From the IMG/VR virus record IMGVR_UViG_3300029842_000004: 27,523 nucleotides of DNA, one strand, 5' to 3'. This document shows positions 18,151-26,500 of the stretch, one piece after another. A program made the translations under genes and the position numbers. The DNA comes from a virus. Taxonomy: Duplodnaviria > Heunggongvirae > Uroviricota > Caudoviricetes. The number at the start of each line of letters is the position of its first letter. Within the stretch, counting starts at the first letter, position 1. The notes below the pieces were generated by a model, which did no database searches, had not been told where the DNA came from, and saw only the letters and a list, made by a program, of their open reading frames with translations.

Positions 18151-18315
18151 TTATTTTTTTAATATTTCGAATACGTATATCCAACTCGACAAAAATACTA
18201 TCGGGCAGTACATTGTCTCTACCAAACTCGCATCTCCTTTAAATTGCCTGATTGACCAAACAATCATAGATGCAATAACGCCAAGCAAGTATATAAATAG
18301 AACTACTTCTGTCAT
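18151..18315 (-). CDS. Small 54-aa membrane protein (not in ORF track)
   Basis: MTEVVLFIYLLGVIASMIVWSIRQFKGDASLVETMYCPIVFLSSWIYVFEILKK*. Its ATG overlaps the upstream TGA (ATGA coupling) and it has two hydrophobic segments. Confidence 0.7.
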   Translation of the reverse strand: MTEVVLFIYLLGVIASMIVWSIRQFKGDASLVETMYCPIVFLSSWIYVFEILKK

Positions 18316-19208
18316 ACCAATTTAAGTATATTGTCAATTATAGGATACGCCTTAGTATATATCTCAAACTCAGCACGGCGCCTCCTAAGAGGTTCGTACA
18401 TGCCTTTTAATGTCATACCCATCATCTTAAGTTCGGTCTTAGCATTTTTCAGCTTAACCAAATCTTGCTGTGCATACAACTTGAACAAATCGGCCGCTCC
18501 TTGTGCTTCTCCATTATACATCAGTTCCTCAAAGAATCTCATCTTTACAAAATTATCTACATAATCCAATACCAGACCTTGAGGCGTGTCTGGTATAATT
18601 ATATTAGATTCTCTGTCGAAAGGAAGAGACCGGTACTGCATGTAAATGGGTCCATCAAAATTAGCATACAGGGATCCGTTTACGATATTTATCTCATACG
18701 GACTATCCTTTATTACCTTATTCCGGCATTTACTTAAACAAGAATCACGAAGCATAGGCTTGGCAAGACCTAACATTACTGGCCGGTCATAATAGCAACG
18801 AACTTCATGATCGCGATCATGGGTGTTGATATAAAATTTTTCAACTATCACTTTCTCGCATTCGTCTTTACAACATTCATCGCAAGAACACCACCTATAA
18901 CTTCTTTCGGTACGTTCTTTCCAGGCTATTGTATTTTGAAGTTCTGGTATCACCTTGTCACCTTCAGGTACCTCATATCCTTTAAAATCGCATTTAAAAG
19001 CCAGAATAAGATCAAAGTAATCACCAGGCATACGAGCCTGCCCTCGCTTGACATCCACTACCGCTTCTTTGCGCATAGTAATATCGCCTCCAAACTTCTT
19101 CAGGGCAATTTCTACCCATTTGTAGATGGATACCTCATCTATCAGATCACGCTTGTCAAATGATCTTAAAGACGATTTTAACTCTATGATATAATTTTCG
19201 ACTGTCAT
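18312..19208 (-). CDS. Probable tail tubular/ring protein
   Basis: 298 aa. The pattern IYKWVEIALKKFG..VDVKRGQARMPGD..YEINIVNG..IYMQYRSLP..IIIPD recalls crAss-like ring proteins, and it sits in the tail module. Family call is by recall. Confidence 0.5.
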   Translation of the reverse strand: MTVENYIIELKSSLRSFDKRDLIDEVSIYKWVEIALKKFGGDITMRKEAVVDVKRGQARMPGDYFDLILAFKCDFKGYEVPEGDKVIPELQNTIAWKERTERSYRWCSCDECCKDECEKVIVEKFYINTHDRDHEVRCYYDRPVMLGLAKPMLRDSCLSKCRNKVIKDSPYEINIVNGSLYANFDGPIYMQYRSLPFDRESNIIIPDTPQGLVLDYVDNFVKMRFFEELMYNGEAQGAADLFKLYAQQDLVKLKNAKTELKMMGMTLKGMYEPLRRRRAEFEIYTKAYPIIDNILKLV

Positions 19209-19213
19209 CTCTT

Positions 19214-19258
19214 AAAAAAAATGGAGGACAGGAAACGAACCTGACCTCCACAAAGATA
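19214..19258 (-). terminator. Terminator hairpin abutting a -7 promoter element
   Basis: TATCTTTG (19258-19251) is immediately followed by TGGAGG-T-CAGG-TTCGTTT-CCTG-T-CCTCCA and T8. Confidence 0.6.
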
Positions 19259-19291
19259 TTGATAATATAGTTAATGTCCTATTTTGAAGAT

Positions 19292-20245
19292 TCAAAAGTT
19301 AGAGTCTTCGAATTTACCGTACTTTAGAAACGTGCTTCTACATTTCCCTTTTATACCATTGAGCGTAACTTCATATCCGGCACCAGTCATGTATATTGTT
19401 TGCTGATTGATCCTTTCACCGGAGTACTTATCCACAAAGTAAGATCGATAAACACCAAACTTATTTTTGACAATATCACTGTATAACTCCCATCTACCCT
19501 GCCCATTTCTGAACATGAACTTGACTTCCTCAAGAAACAAACGAAGATTCTTTTCTGCGATGATGATTCCATTCTGCTCAAGCTTCTTAGCAATGTCACG
19601 AATCAACCACATATTTTCATGATCAACTTTCTTGAACGACTCTGCAAACTCTACATCAGGACGCTGCTCTTCTATGGTCTTTATCGCCTGCTGTCTTTCC
19701 GCCTCTGCTTGTGCTCTTTCTGCTATGGCTCTATTCTTGGCTTCAACCTCATCAGCTAAAGCTCTTAAGGCAGATGGATAATCTTTAGGGGTTATAGAAT
19801 AAGAACCTGTTTTTCTTATAGAGGGAAGGACTTCTGATGTTACCCATTTCTTGAATTTTTTAGCAAAATCCATCTTTGATCCAAAAATCAAACTATATAA
19901 GCCAGATTCGTTGATTATCAGTATTTTAGTATTAGGAGTATATGGGCGGAACGTTTCGTTCCACCCTTGAGTATCAGGTACTTTCATTATCATCCTGTCA
20001 TCTTCATCAACGTGATCTCTTATTGCTTTTCTTGGATTTGTATATCCCAAAAATGAAGCTATAGGTGATCCTATAAAATACGGTTCATGATCAATGACAA
20101 TAATTTTTAACTCTATAAAATCTGAATTTTTGAAAGATGATACAGTTTCAATTTCTTTATTAAATTCCATTTCGTTGGATTCTGACGTCAAAATAATGTT
20201 ACTGTTCTTCGCATTGTTTTGAAAATTGTTTATCTTTGTTCCCAT
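19292..20245 (-). CDS. Phage antirepressor, BRO-N + ANT/KilAC domains
   Basis: BRO-N: EPYFIG..LGYTNPRKAIRDHVDEDD..INESGLYSLIFGSK..AKKFKKWVTSEVLPSIRKTGSY. A PKDYPSALRALADEVE coiled coil follows, then PDVEFAE..IRDIAK..YMTGAG (ANT-like). Confidence 0.88.
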   Translation of the reverse strand: MGTKINNFQNNAKNSNIILTSESNEMEFNKEIETVSSFKNSDFIELKIIVIDHEPYFIGSPIASFLGYTNPRKAIRDHVDEDDRMIMKVPDTQGWNETFRPYTPNTKILIINESGLYSLIFGSKMDFAKKFKKWVTSEVLPSIRKTGSYSITPKDYPSALRALADEVEAKNRAIAERAQAEAERQQAIKTIEEQRPDVEFAESFKKVDHENMWLIRDIAKKLEQNGIIIAEKNLRLFLEEVKFMFRNGQGRWELYSDIVKNKFGVYRSYFVDKYSGERINQQTIYMTGAGYEVTLNGIKGKCRSTFLKYGKFEDSNF

Positions 20246-20296
20246 AATAGGAATGATTTTTTATATCCGCCAGCCTGAGAAGGTAGACGGATATGT

Positions 20297-20344
20297 AAAA
20301 GTAGCGATTATCCTGTATCTACAAAGGGTGATCGCTACTTTTTT
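20297..20344. terminator. Bidirectional intrinsic terminator
   Basis: AAAAGTAGCGATTATCCT...AGGGTGATCGCTACTTTT inverted repeat directly after the stop of 20345-20842. Confidence 0.7.
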
Positions 20345-20842
20345 CTACGACTTTCTGTGTCCTAATTCTTTATCTTCGAAAACTCTCTTAATCTGGAAGT
20401 CTTTAAACACCCTTCTTTTAGCAAGTATTTCATTATACATAAATCGGTATCTTCGTCCTTTATTCATTTTAACCCTTAACTTCTTTTTCAAGCTATCTTG
20501 TATTACAAAATGGTAATATCTTTTGGAGTCTGCGAAATCCATAGCCAGGTGGTTGTAGAGGTAGCCGTTGGTGCCGAGCCTGCTCACGATGTCCAGGTCC
20601 CGCCTGACGGCAAAGCGCTGCCCCGGTATAAGCACATGGCATAAGTATCCTACGTTATCTACGTAAACACCGGCATCAGCTTCCACATAATGTTCTGATA
20701 CGGTTTTCCATATAATAGATAACAGCCTTAAAACCTCTCCTCTGTCTCTTATCATACCTTTCTTAAAACCATTCTTTCTCTTCATGAGACGATGATAGTA
20801 GGCTGCAAAATACGGTGATTGTATTGATGTTCTTTTCATCAT
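20345..20842 (-). CDS. Basic hypothetical protein, possibly IHF/HU-like
   Basis: 165 aa and K/R-rich. EVLRLLSIIWKTVSEHYVEADAGVYVDNVGYL resembles the HU helix-helix-strand pattern; the match is weak. Confidence 0.5.
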   Translation of the reverse strand: MMKRTSIQSPYFAAYYHRLMKRKNGFKKGMIRDRGEVLRLLSIIWKTVSEHYVEADAGVYVDNVGYLCHVLIPGQRFAVRRDLDIVSRLGTNGYLYNHLAMDFADSKRYYHFVIQDSLKKKLRVKMNKGRRYRFMYNEILAKRRVFKDFQIKRVFEDKELGHRKS

Positions 20843-20910
20843 TCAAAAATTAAAATTATACATTTCAGATAATTAACATTAGAATGTATTGTTGCATCGA
20901 AATACTATTC

Positions 20911-20952
20911 TATATTTGCAAAGTCTACCGATCCTCACGGACAGGTAGACTT
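20911..20952 (+). promoter_or_regulatory. -7 promoter element plus conserved leader hairpin of KilA-N paralog 2
   Basis: TATATTTG (20911-20918) followed by AAGTCTACC-GA-TCC-TCAC-GGA-CA-GGTAGACTT. Confidence 0.65.
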
Positions 20953-20984
20953 ATATTTTACAAAATTAAAATCGTAGTAAAGTT

Positions 20985-21734
20985 ATGAAATCAAATGTTG
21001 TTTTACAATCAAAAGATCGAGTTTTGTTAGGAATGAATGTGTCTGTTATGTCTAAAGATGGTTACATATGTATAACTGACGCGATGAAAGCCTTGTCTGC
21101 TAAAAGAGAAAAATTGGGTTTGGCTCCAAAACAATTGAGTCATATAATAGAAACTGAATCATTTAAAGAAAGGTGTACTGAATTGGTTAATAAGCTGGAA
21201 AATAAGCTTTTATTGAGTAGAAGAAATCTTCTACTCAATAATAACAAATTGAATATCAGCAGTGTAATGGATCTTGGGAAATTAGACCTTGCCTACAAAA
21301 AAGGAAAAGGAGTAGATCAAAAATGGTTTGTAAATCCTTATCTGTTTGTCATGATAGCATTAGAGATGGATCCAGAGATTTACGCAGAGGTTGTCATTTG
21401 GCTCACGGATGGCTTGATAGAAAACCGGAACGAAGCCGGTGATGCATACGTTAGGATGTGCAGCGCAATAAGCAGAATAGTTCCAAACAAGAATGACTTG
21501 AAAGACAATATAAAAAGAGTTGCTAAAGCTATTAATTTCATTGTTTTCAATAAACACGAAGATGGGATAAGGAATACTGCCAGTAAGGATGAGCTCAATG
21601 ATATAATAGCCATAGAGAACGTCATAGCCTCTGTTATTGATGACGGTTTTATCAAAGATTACAATTCCTTGATAAATTACCTCGGAGACAAATGGAAAAG
21701 AAAATGGGGAAACCCTGTTCTTGCATTGAAATAG
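20985..21734 (+). CDS. KilA-N domain DNA-binding protein (paralog 2)
   Basis: 249 aa, alignable end to end with 7252-8001 (WLTDGLI.NRN.AGDAY, AKAINFIVFNKHEDGIRN, WGNP..ALK). The only credible + strand gene in the window. Confidence 0.8.
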   Translation: MKSNVVLQSKDRVLLGMNVSVMSKDGYICITDAMKALSAKREKLGLAPKQLSHIIETESFKERCTELVNKLENKLLLSRRNLLLNNNKLNISSVMDLGKLDLAYKKGKGVDQKWFVNPYLFVMIALEMDPEIYAEVVIWLTDGLIENRNEAGDAYVRMCSAISRIVPNKNDLKDNIKRVAKAINFIVFNKHEDGIRNTASKDELNDIIAIENVIASVIDDGFIKDYNSLINYLGDKWKRKWGNPVLALK

Positions 21735-21737
21735 TAC

Positions 21738-21779
21738 AAAAAAAATACCCGGCCAAACTATATAATTATGGCCGGGTAT
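21738..21779 (-). terminator. Intrinsic terminator between convergent genes
   Basis: ATACCCGGCCA...TGGCCGGGTAT stem, with a T run on the minus strand. Confidence 0.7.
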
Positions 21780-21792
21780 CCAATAAAAAGAA

Positions 21793-22497
21793 TCACTGAA
21801 CAATTTGACTTTTCTGATTGGAATCAAGATTCGGATTTTCATCAATAGGAATCTGTAGCCTGAATGCTACTTCCTTTATCGTCTCTGCCACTACATACTC
21901 AATTAACTTGATAGGACAGATAAATTCGTATTCCCATTCAGACTCACACCCTTTAGGTGTAGGATCGCAGGCCATTAACTCCAGCGCCTTCTTTCTTCTT
22001 GTTGTGAAGAACTCTACGTTAATAAGCTCTATATGAAAATCCGGTATATAAATATAGTCGTTTTCTACATAATAAAAAGGACGCCGTTCTTTAACGTATT
22101 TAGCATACGGTCTTTTTTGTTCATTGCGATACGACTTTATTTCAGCGAACTTAAAAAATATAGTGTTATCTACGTTAGTCACCTTAGTAATAGCCGGTCT
22201 AAGGGCAGAATAAAGAAGTCCTGGAAGTTTATGTTTTGACCGCATAAGTGTATTACACAACGCAAATTCGGCATCGCAGCAAACTATTTTGTCAACTTCA
22301 ATCATCTCCAGGCAAGTAACGTAAGTTAGGAGCCGGTGGTCGCCAAGTAACGTTCCGTCATCCCACCTCTGGGCTGTATAAGATTCGGCTTTGGTTCTAC
22401 CGATATTCAATATCCATCTCCGGCTAACATGGGAGTCTTTATCAAGGGCATGAATACCGTTTACGACTCTTGATACAAATTCACCATTTGTGATCAT
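21793..22497 (-). CDS. Probable virion ring/structural protein
   Basis: 234 aa. The C-terminal FICPIKLIEYVVAETIKE..IPIDENPN and YYVENDYIYI recall crAss-like ring proteins; by recall only. Confidence 0.5.
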   Translation of the reverse strand: MITNGEFVSRVVNGIHALDKDSHVSRRWILNIGRTKAESYTAQRWDDGTLLGDHRLLTYVTCLEMIEVDKIVCCDAEFALCNTLMRSKHKLPGLLYSALRPAITKVTNVDNTIFFKFAEIKSYRNEQKRPYAKYVKERRPFYYVENDYIYIPDFHIELINVEFFTTRRKKALELMACDPTPKGCESEWEYEFICPIKLIEYVVAETIKEVAFRLQIPIDENPNLDSNQKSQIVQ

Positions 22498-22883
22498 GCT
22501 CCCCTCCTTTCTTTTGCTCTTGATTCTCTTGATTTAGCATTCAAGATCCTCATATAAATATCTCTTTCACTCATGCCGGATATGGTTTTTATAGCCTCAT
22601 CCAACATAACTTTCGTATATAAAGGTTTAGGAAATCCCTTTATCTTAACCGGATCAGGAACTAACTTCGCCTTCCGATATTCATAAAATCTTTTAGAAGT
22701 TACATTAAGATAAGAAACAGCCTCTTCTCCGGTATAGTACTTAGCCGGATTAGCAAGCTGCATCCATGTCTCAAGATCGTTGGCTGTGAGATGATCGCAT
22801 TCCCCGCTTAAAAACATCTCCTTTATCTTATCGCATACCGCCGCACCGCTTTTACGCAGCGTCTCTGTCAGAATTTCTTTCAT
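22494..22883 (-). CDS. Small HTH (MerR/excisionase-like) DNA-binding protein
   Basis: YYTGEEAVSYLNVTSKRFYEYRKAKLVPDP fits a winged-HTH pattern. Likely start is MKEILTE at 22883. Confidence 0.65.
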   Translation of the reverse strand: MKEILTETLRKSGAAVCDKIKEMFLSGECDHLTANDLETWMQLANPAKYYTGEEAVSYLNVTSKRFYEYRKAKLVPDPVKIKGFPKPLYTKVMLDEAIKTISGMSERDIYMRILNAKSRESRAKERRGA

Positions 22884-23268
22884 TTTCAAAACACCCTGTT
22901 CTAAATCTAAAAACAATAGAGGCAATGATTATCAACAGAGTAACAGCCATAACAGAACACACTACGATATTGTGCTCAATAGGCATCTCAATATTAACCG
23001 TAACCCATTCTACACAGATATTAAAAATCATGCTATAGATCAATAACCTATGCCATATACAAAACCTGAACATTCTTGAAAAAGCCAAGAGAAATAGGTC
23101 CCATGATAGAGAATGACCTAATATCGGATACAGCCAATTAGTGATACTAAAAGGATAAAACTCATCAAAAATGCCGGCTAACATAATAACCTGCATCAAC
23201 ACAGGATAATACTTCACAAACGTCACACAGACATTCCTTTGCCCTTTGCTAATAAACTTGTTGCTCAT
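22852..23268 (-). CDS. Multi-pass membrane protein (138 aa)
   Basis: About four hydrophobic segments; overlaps the downstream HTH gene. Confidence 0.7.
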   Translation of the reverse strand: MSNKFISKGQRNVCVTFVKYYPVLMQVIMLAGIFDEFYPFSITNWLYPILGHSLSWDLFLLAFSRMFRFCIWHRLLIYSMIFNICVEWVTVNIEMPIEHNIVVCSVMAVTLLIIIASIVFRFRTGCFENERNSDRDAA

Positions 23269-23292
23269 AATATGTTGTTATGTTATTAAAAT

Positions 23293-23317
23293 GGGGAAGG
23301 CGATCAGCACCTTCCCC
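23293..23317 (-). terminator. Probable intrinsic terminator
   Basis: GGGGAAGG-TGCTGATCG-CCTTCCCC followed by ATTTT on the minus strand, 10 nt after the small basic ORF. Confidence 0.5.
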
Positions 23318-23327
23318 TGGTTTTCAA

Positions 23328-23450
23328 TCACTTTTTGGTGCTCGTCTTCTTTCTTTTCATCTTGCCTCCAACACTACCGCCTTGGCGCATTTTAGGTTTG
23401 TCTTTCTTATCGACTTCACCACCCTGACGAGCTTTCTTTTTACAAGCCAT
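23328..23450 (-). CDS. 40-aa highly basic peptide with two RQGG motifs (not in ORF track)
   Basis: MACKKKARQGGEVDKKDKPKMRQGGSVGGKMKRKKTSTKK*. Co-oriented with its neighbours, with an A/T-rich leader and a following hairpin. Confidence 0.65.
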   Translation of the reverse strand: MACKKKARQGGEVDKKDKPKMRQGGSVGGKMKRKKTSTKK

Positions 23451-23562
23451 GATACCAAAATTTTAAAATTGAATGATGTGCAATATTAATCATTTTTATT
23501 CTAATAACCAAAATGAAATACAGCAAAAGGAGCAATTAAATTAATTACCCCTAATGTGCTTA

Positions 23563-26500
23563 TTACAACCTAACAGATGCAGTTGGTTTACCCCAGAAAC
23601 TATAAACGCATCCGTTTTCGTCACCTTCCATAGCCATACCCGTAAATGGATTAAAGCTGCATCTTACCCAGCATCCACAATTTTTAGTATTGCAAGTATC
23701 AGATGATCCACCACAAGTAGAAGGAGTAGAAACAGATTTTCCGTTTATATAAACAGGTCTGTATTTCAATGCGAAATATCCATTCTCGACACTCGTACAA
23801 TAAATACCGGTAACAACAGATCCGGCAGGGACATTAAGACGTTCTCCGTTTTTAGTACTTGTTGTTACTGTTTGAGTCTCTCCTCCGTAAGTCACATTTA
23901 CACCACTTTGACCTCCTTCAGGTATCAATGGCGCATACCAGAATTGGAATTTTCCGTTTTCATCCCCTTCCATGTACATAGCCATTATCGCATTTCCGCT
24001 TGGACAACTGTAATTACATCCCTTCTTATTCATAGTGGCAGATTGCTGTTGACGAGAACTGTCACCTATTAAAGAAATAGTAACAAGAGGCTTTTCTGCC
24101 GCAGCTTGTGTAACATTTATTTTCAATGTTTTACCACTGTCATTTTGAGTAAGCAAAACGGATCCAGTACGAGAAGAAGATGTACTTGTGTTGGCAGTTA
24201 TCTTAAGAACACAAACCATACTATCCGAGGTCTGATTTTTATATTCAGTCGTAATCCAAGACGGTTTAGATGTAGTACTATAACCATGATAAGAACCATT
24301 CAATGTACTTTTGATTGTATATTGAGCATTATTAGATGCAGCTTGAACAGATAAAGATTTATCTGAAGTAGTACCATCATCGAATGTGAACTTATACAAC
24401 ATTTGTCTTGCCTGCGAAATACTAAGAGTAACTGTCTTTCCAGATTCATTTTGAACAAAAACAATGTCACCAGATCTGGAAGAAGATGTTGTATTGGCAG
24501 ATAACGTCACCACAGCCTTCATACTTTCAGAAGTCTGGTCTCTGTAATCAACAGAACACCAAGAAGGTTTTGACTTAACAGAAAAACCTATATATGAATT
24601 ACTCTTAGTACTTATGATAACTTCTTCAATATCCTGAGATTCTCCAGTTACAGACCTCGACTCGCTCGTTCTTCCATCATGGAACTGAAACTCATATGGA
24701 GCATATCCACATTTTCCAACTTCAAGCTCATATTTTACGTCTTGATTTCCACAATCATCGTAACGAACGTATTTTACCTTATTACTGTTACTTCCAGATC
24801 CACATCCAACCTCTTTCCAAGAACCGTAAGATCCACAATTACAGCAATTCCCACAACTTACAGAATATTGACGATCTATGCTACCAGAACAGCTATCTTG
24901 ATAAGCGTTATACTGAGTATGGCCCACACAATCTCCTGTTCCGTAATAAGACCAGTCTGTACAAGATTCTCCACCTCCATTAACCCATCTTGTGTCGTTG
25001 TAAGAAGAAGAACATGGATTGGTGTCACGTTGTTGCTTCTGAGACGTACAACCGTCACAACGGGTACTTCCAGTATCCGACCAAGAAGGAGTTGTGCTAT
25101 CAGCTACGCAATCACCGTTTTTGTTAGCTACTGCCTGACCTTGGGAATTTACAGCATCTTGAGCCTTTTTGTTGGCATCGGCTTGACTGATATTAGACGT
25201 AAATGGACCACCTACTTGATCTTGGGTTACGGTAACAGACGAACCATGCTGACAGGTTCCGCAATTGTTTCTGGTGAAGACCTTACTTGCCTTACCGGTC
25301 CAAGTACAAGTTCCCTGCGCGTCAGCAAGAGCCTGGCCCTGCTGCTCGACGGCAGCCTGAGCCTTGCTATTTGCGTCTTCCTGACTTACGGTAGACGTAA
25401 AAGGACCGCCGGTTACATCATCCTGATCTATGGTAACCTCAGATCCGACGCCGCCGTCGGCACACTGTTTTGTAAATACCTTGCTATATGTCCCGGTCCA
25501 GGTACATACCTTATCTCCACCTTCTACCCAGCGTTCATTTTCTCCACCATAGCATTCGTTGGTATTAACCTGTTTTTTATAAGATTTACCACCTTCGCAT
25601 TTAGTTTCAAGCGGTTCCGAATCTTCCCATACAGGATCGGTGTTGTCCGTTTCACATGTTCCGTTCTTGTTAACATAAGCCTGACCTTGGGCTTCTACGG
25701 CTTCCTGAGCTAATCTATTTGCCTCTTCCTGGCTTTCATTAGAATAGAACGGTCCACCTACCATGTCTTGTGTTACGCTCATCGGAACACCATGCTGACA
25801 TGATCCGCAATTGTCTTTCGTAAATTCCTTGCTATATACGCCTACGAACCTACATTTGCCTTTTTGGTTGGCAATATTCTGTCCTTGAGCCTTAACAGCT
25901 TCCTTGGCCTTATTATCAGCATCTTCTTGACTTACGAAAGAAATAAAAGGATTGCCTTCAACATCAGCTTCACTTACTTCTACTTCCGTTCCTGAATCCG
26001 GTATCTCACAATCGTTTTTCTGGAACGTTTCTGTATAATGACCGGTCCAGCTACAAACCTTATTCCCGCCATCTACCCAACGTTCTTGATTGTGAGTTTC
26101 AGAACATTCGTTGGTATCACGTTGCTTTTTCTGAGACTTACCTTCATTACATCTAAGTTCTTCCGGTTCTACGTCCTCCCATACAGGATCGGTGCTTAAT
26201 GGTGTACAAGTTCCGTTCTTATTAACATAAGCCTGACCGCCTTCTTCTACAATCCTACGAGCTTCTGCGTCTGCTGCATCCTGGCTTTCTGTTGATGTAA
26301 CAGGGCTTCCATTTACCATCTCAGCCGTAACCTCCATCTCTACACCTTTATGACAAGCCTCGCATTCGGGAACGAATCTCTTGCTGTAATGACCGGTATA
26401 TACAGTCATATCTTCACAATTACCTTTATTGTTGGCAATAGCCTGACCTTGCTCTTTAACAGCAGCCTGAGCCTTGTTATTAGCATCATCTTGGCTTACG

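Noticed and set aside
21360..21845. 161-aa minus-strand ORF, and other short ORF-track entries nested in or antisense to large genes
   Set aside because: They overlap well-supported genes and lack independent signals.
24679..25713. 344-aa + strand ORF
   Set aside because: It is fully antisense to the DUF5977/BACON gene, has no recognisable motifs, and is best explained as a shadow of the repetitive sense frame.
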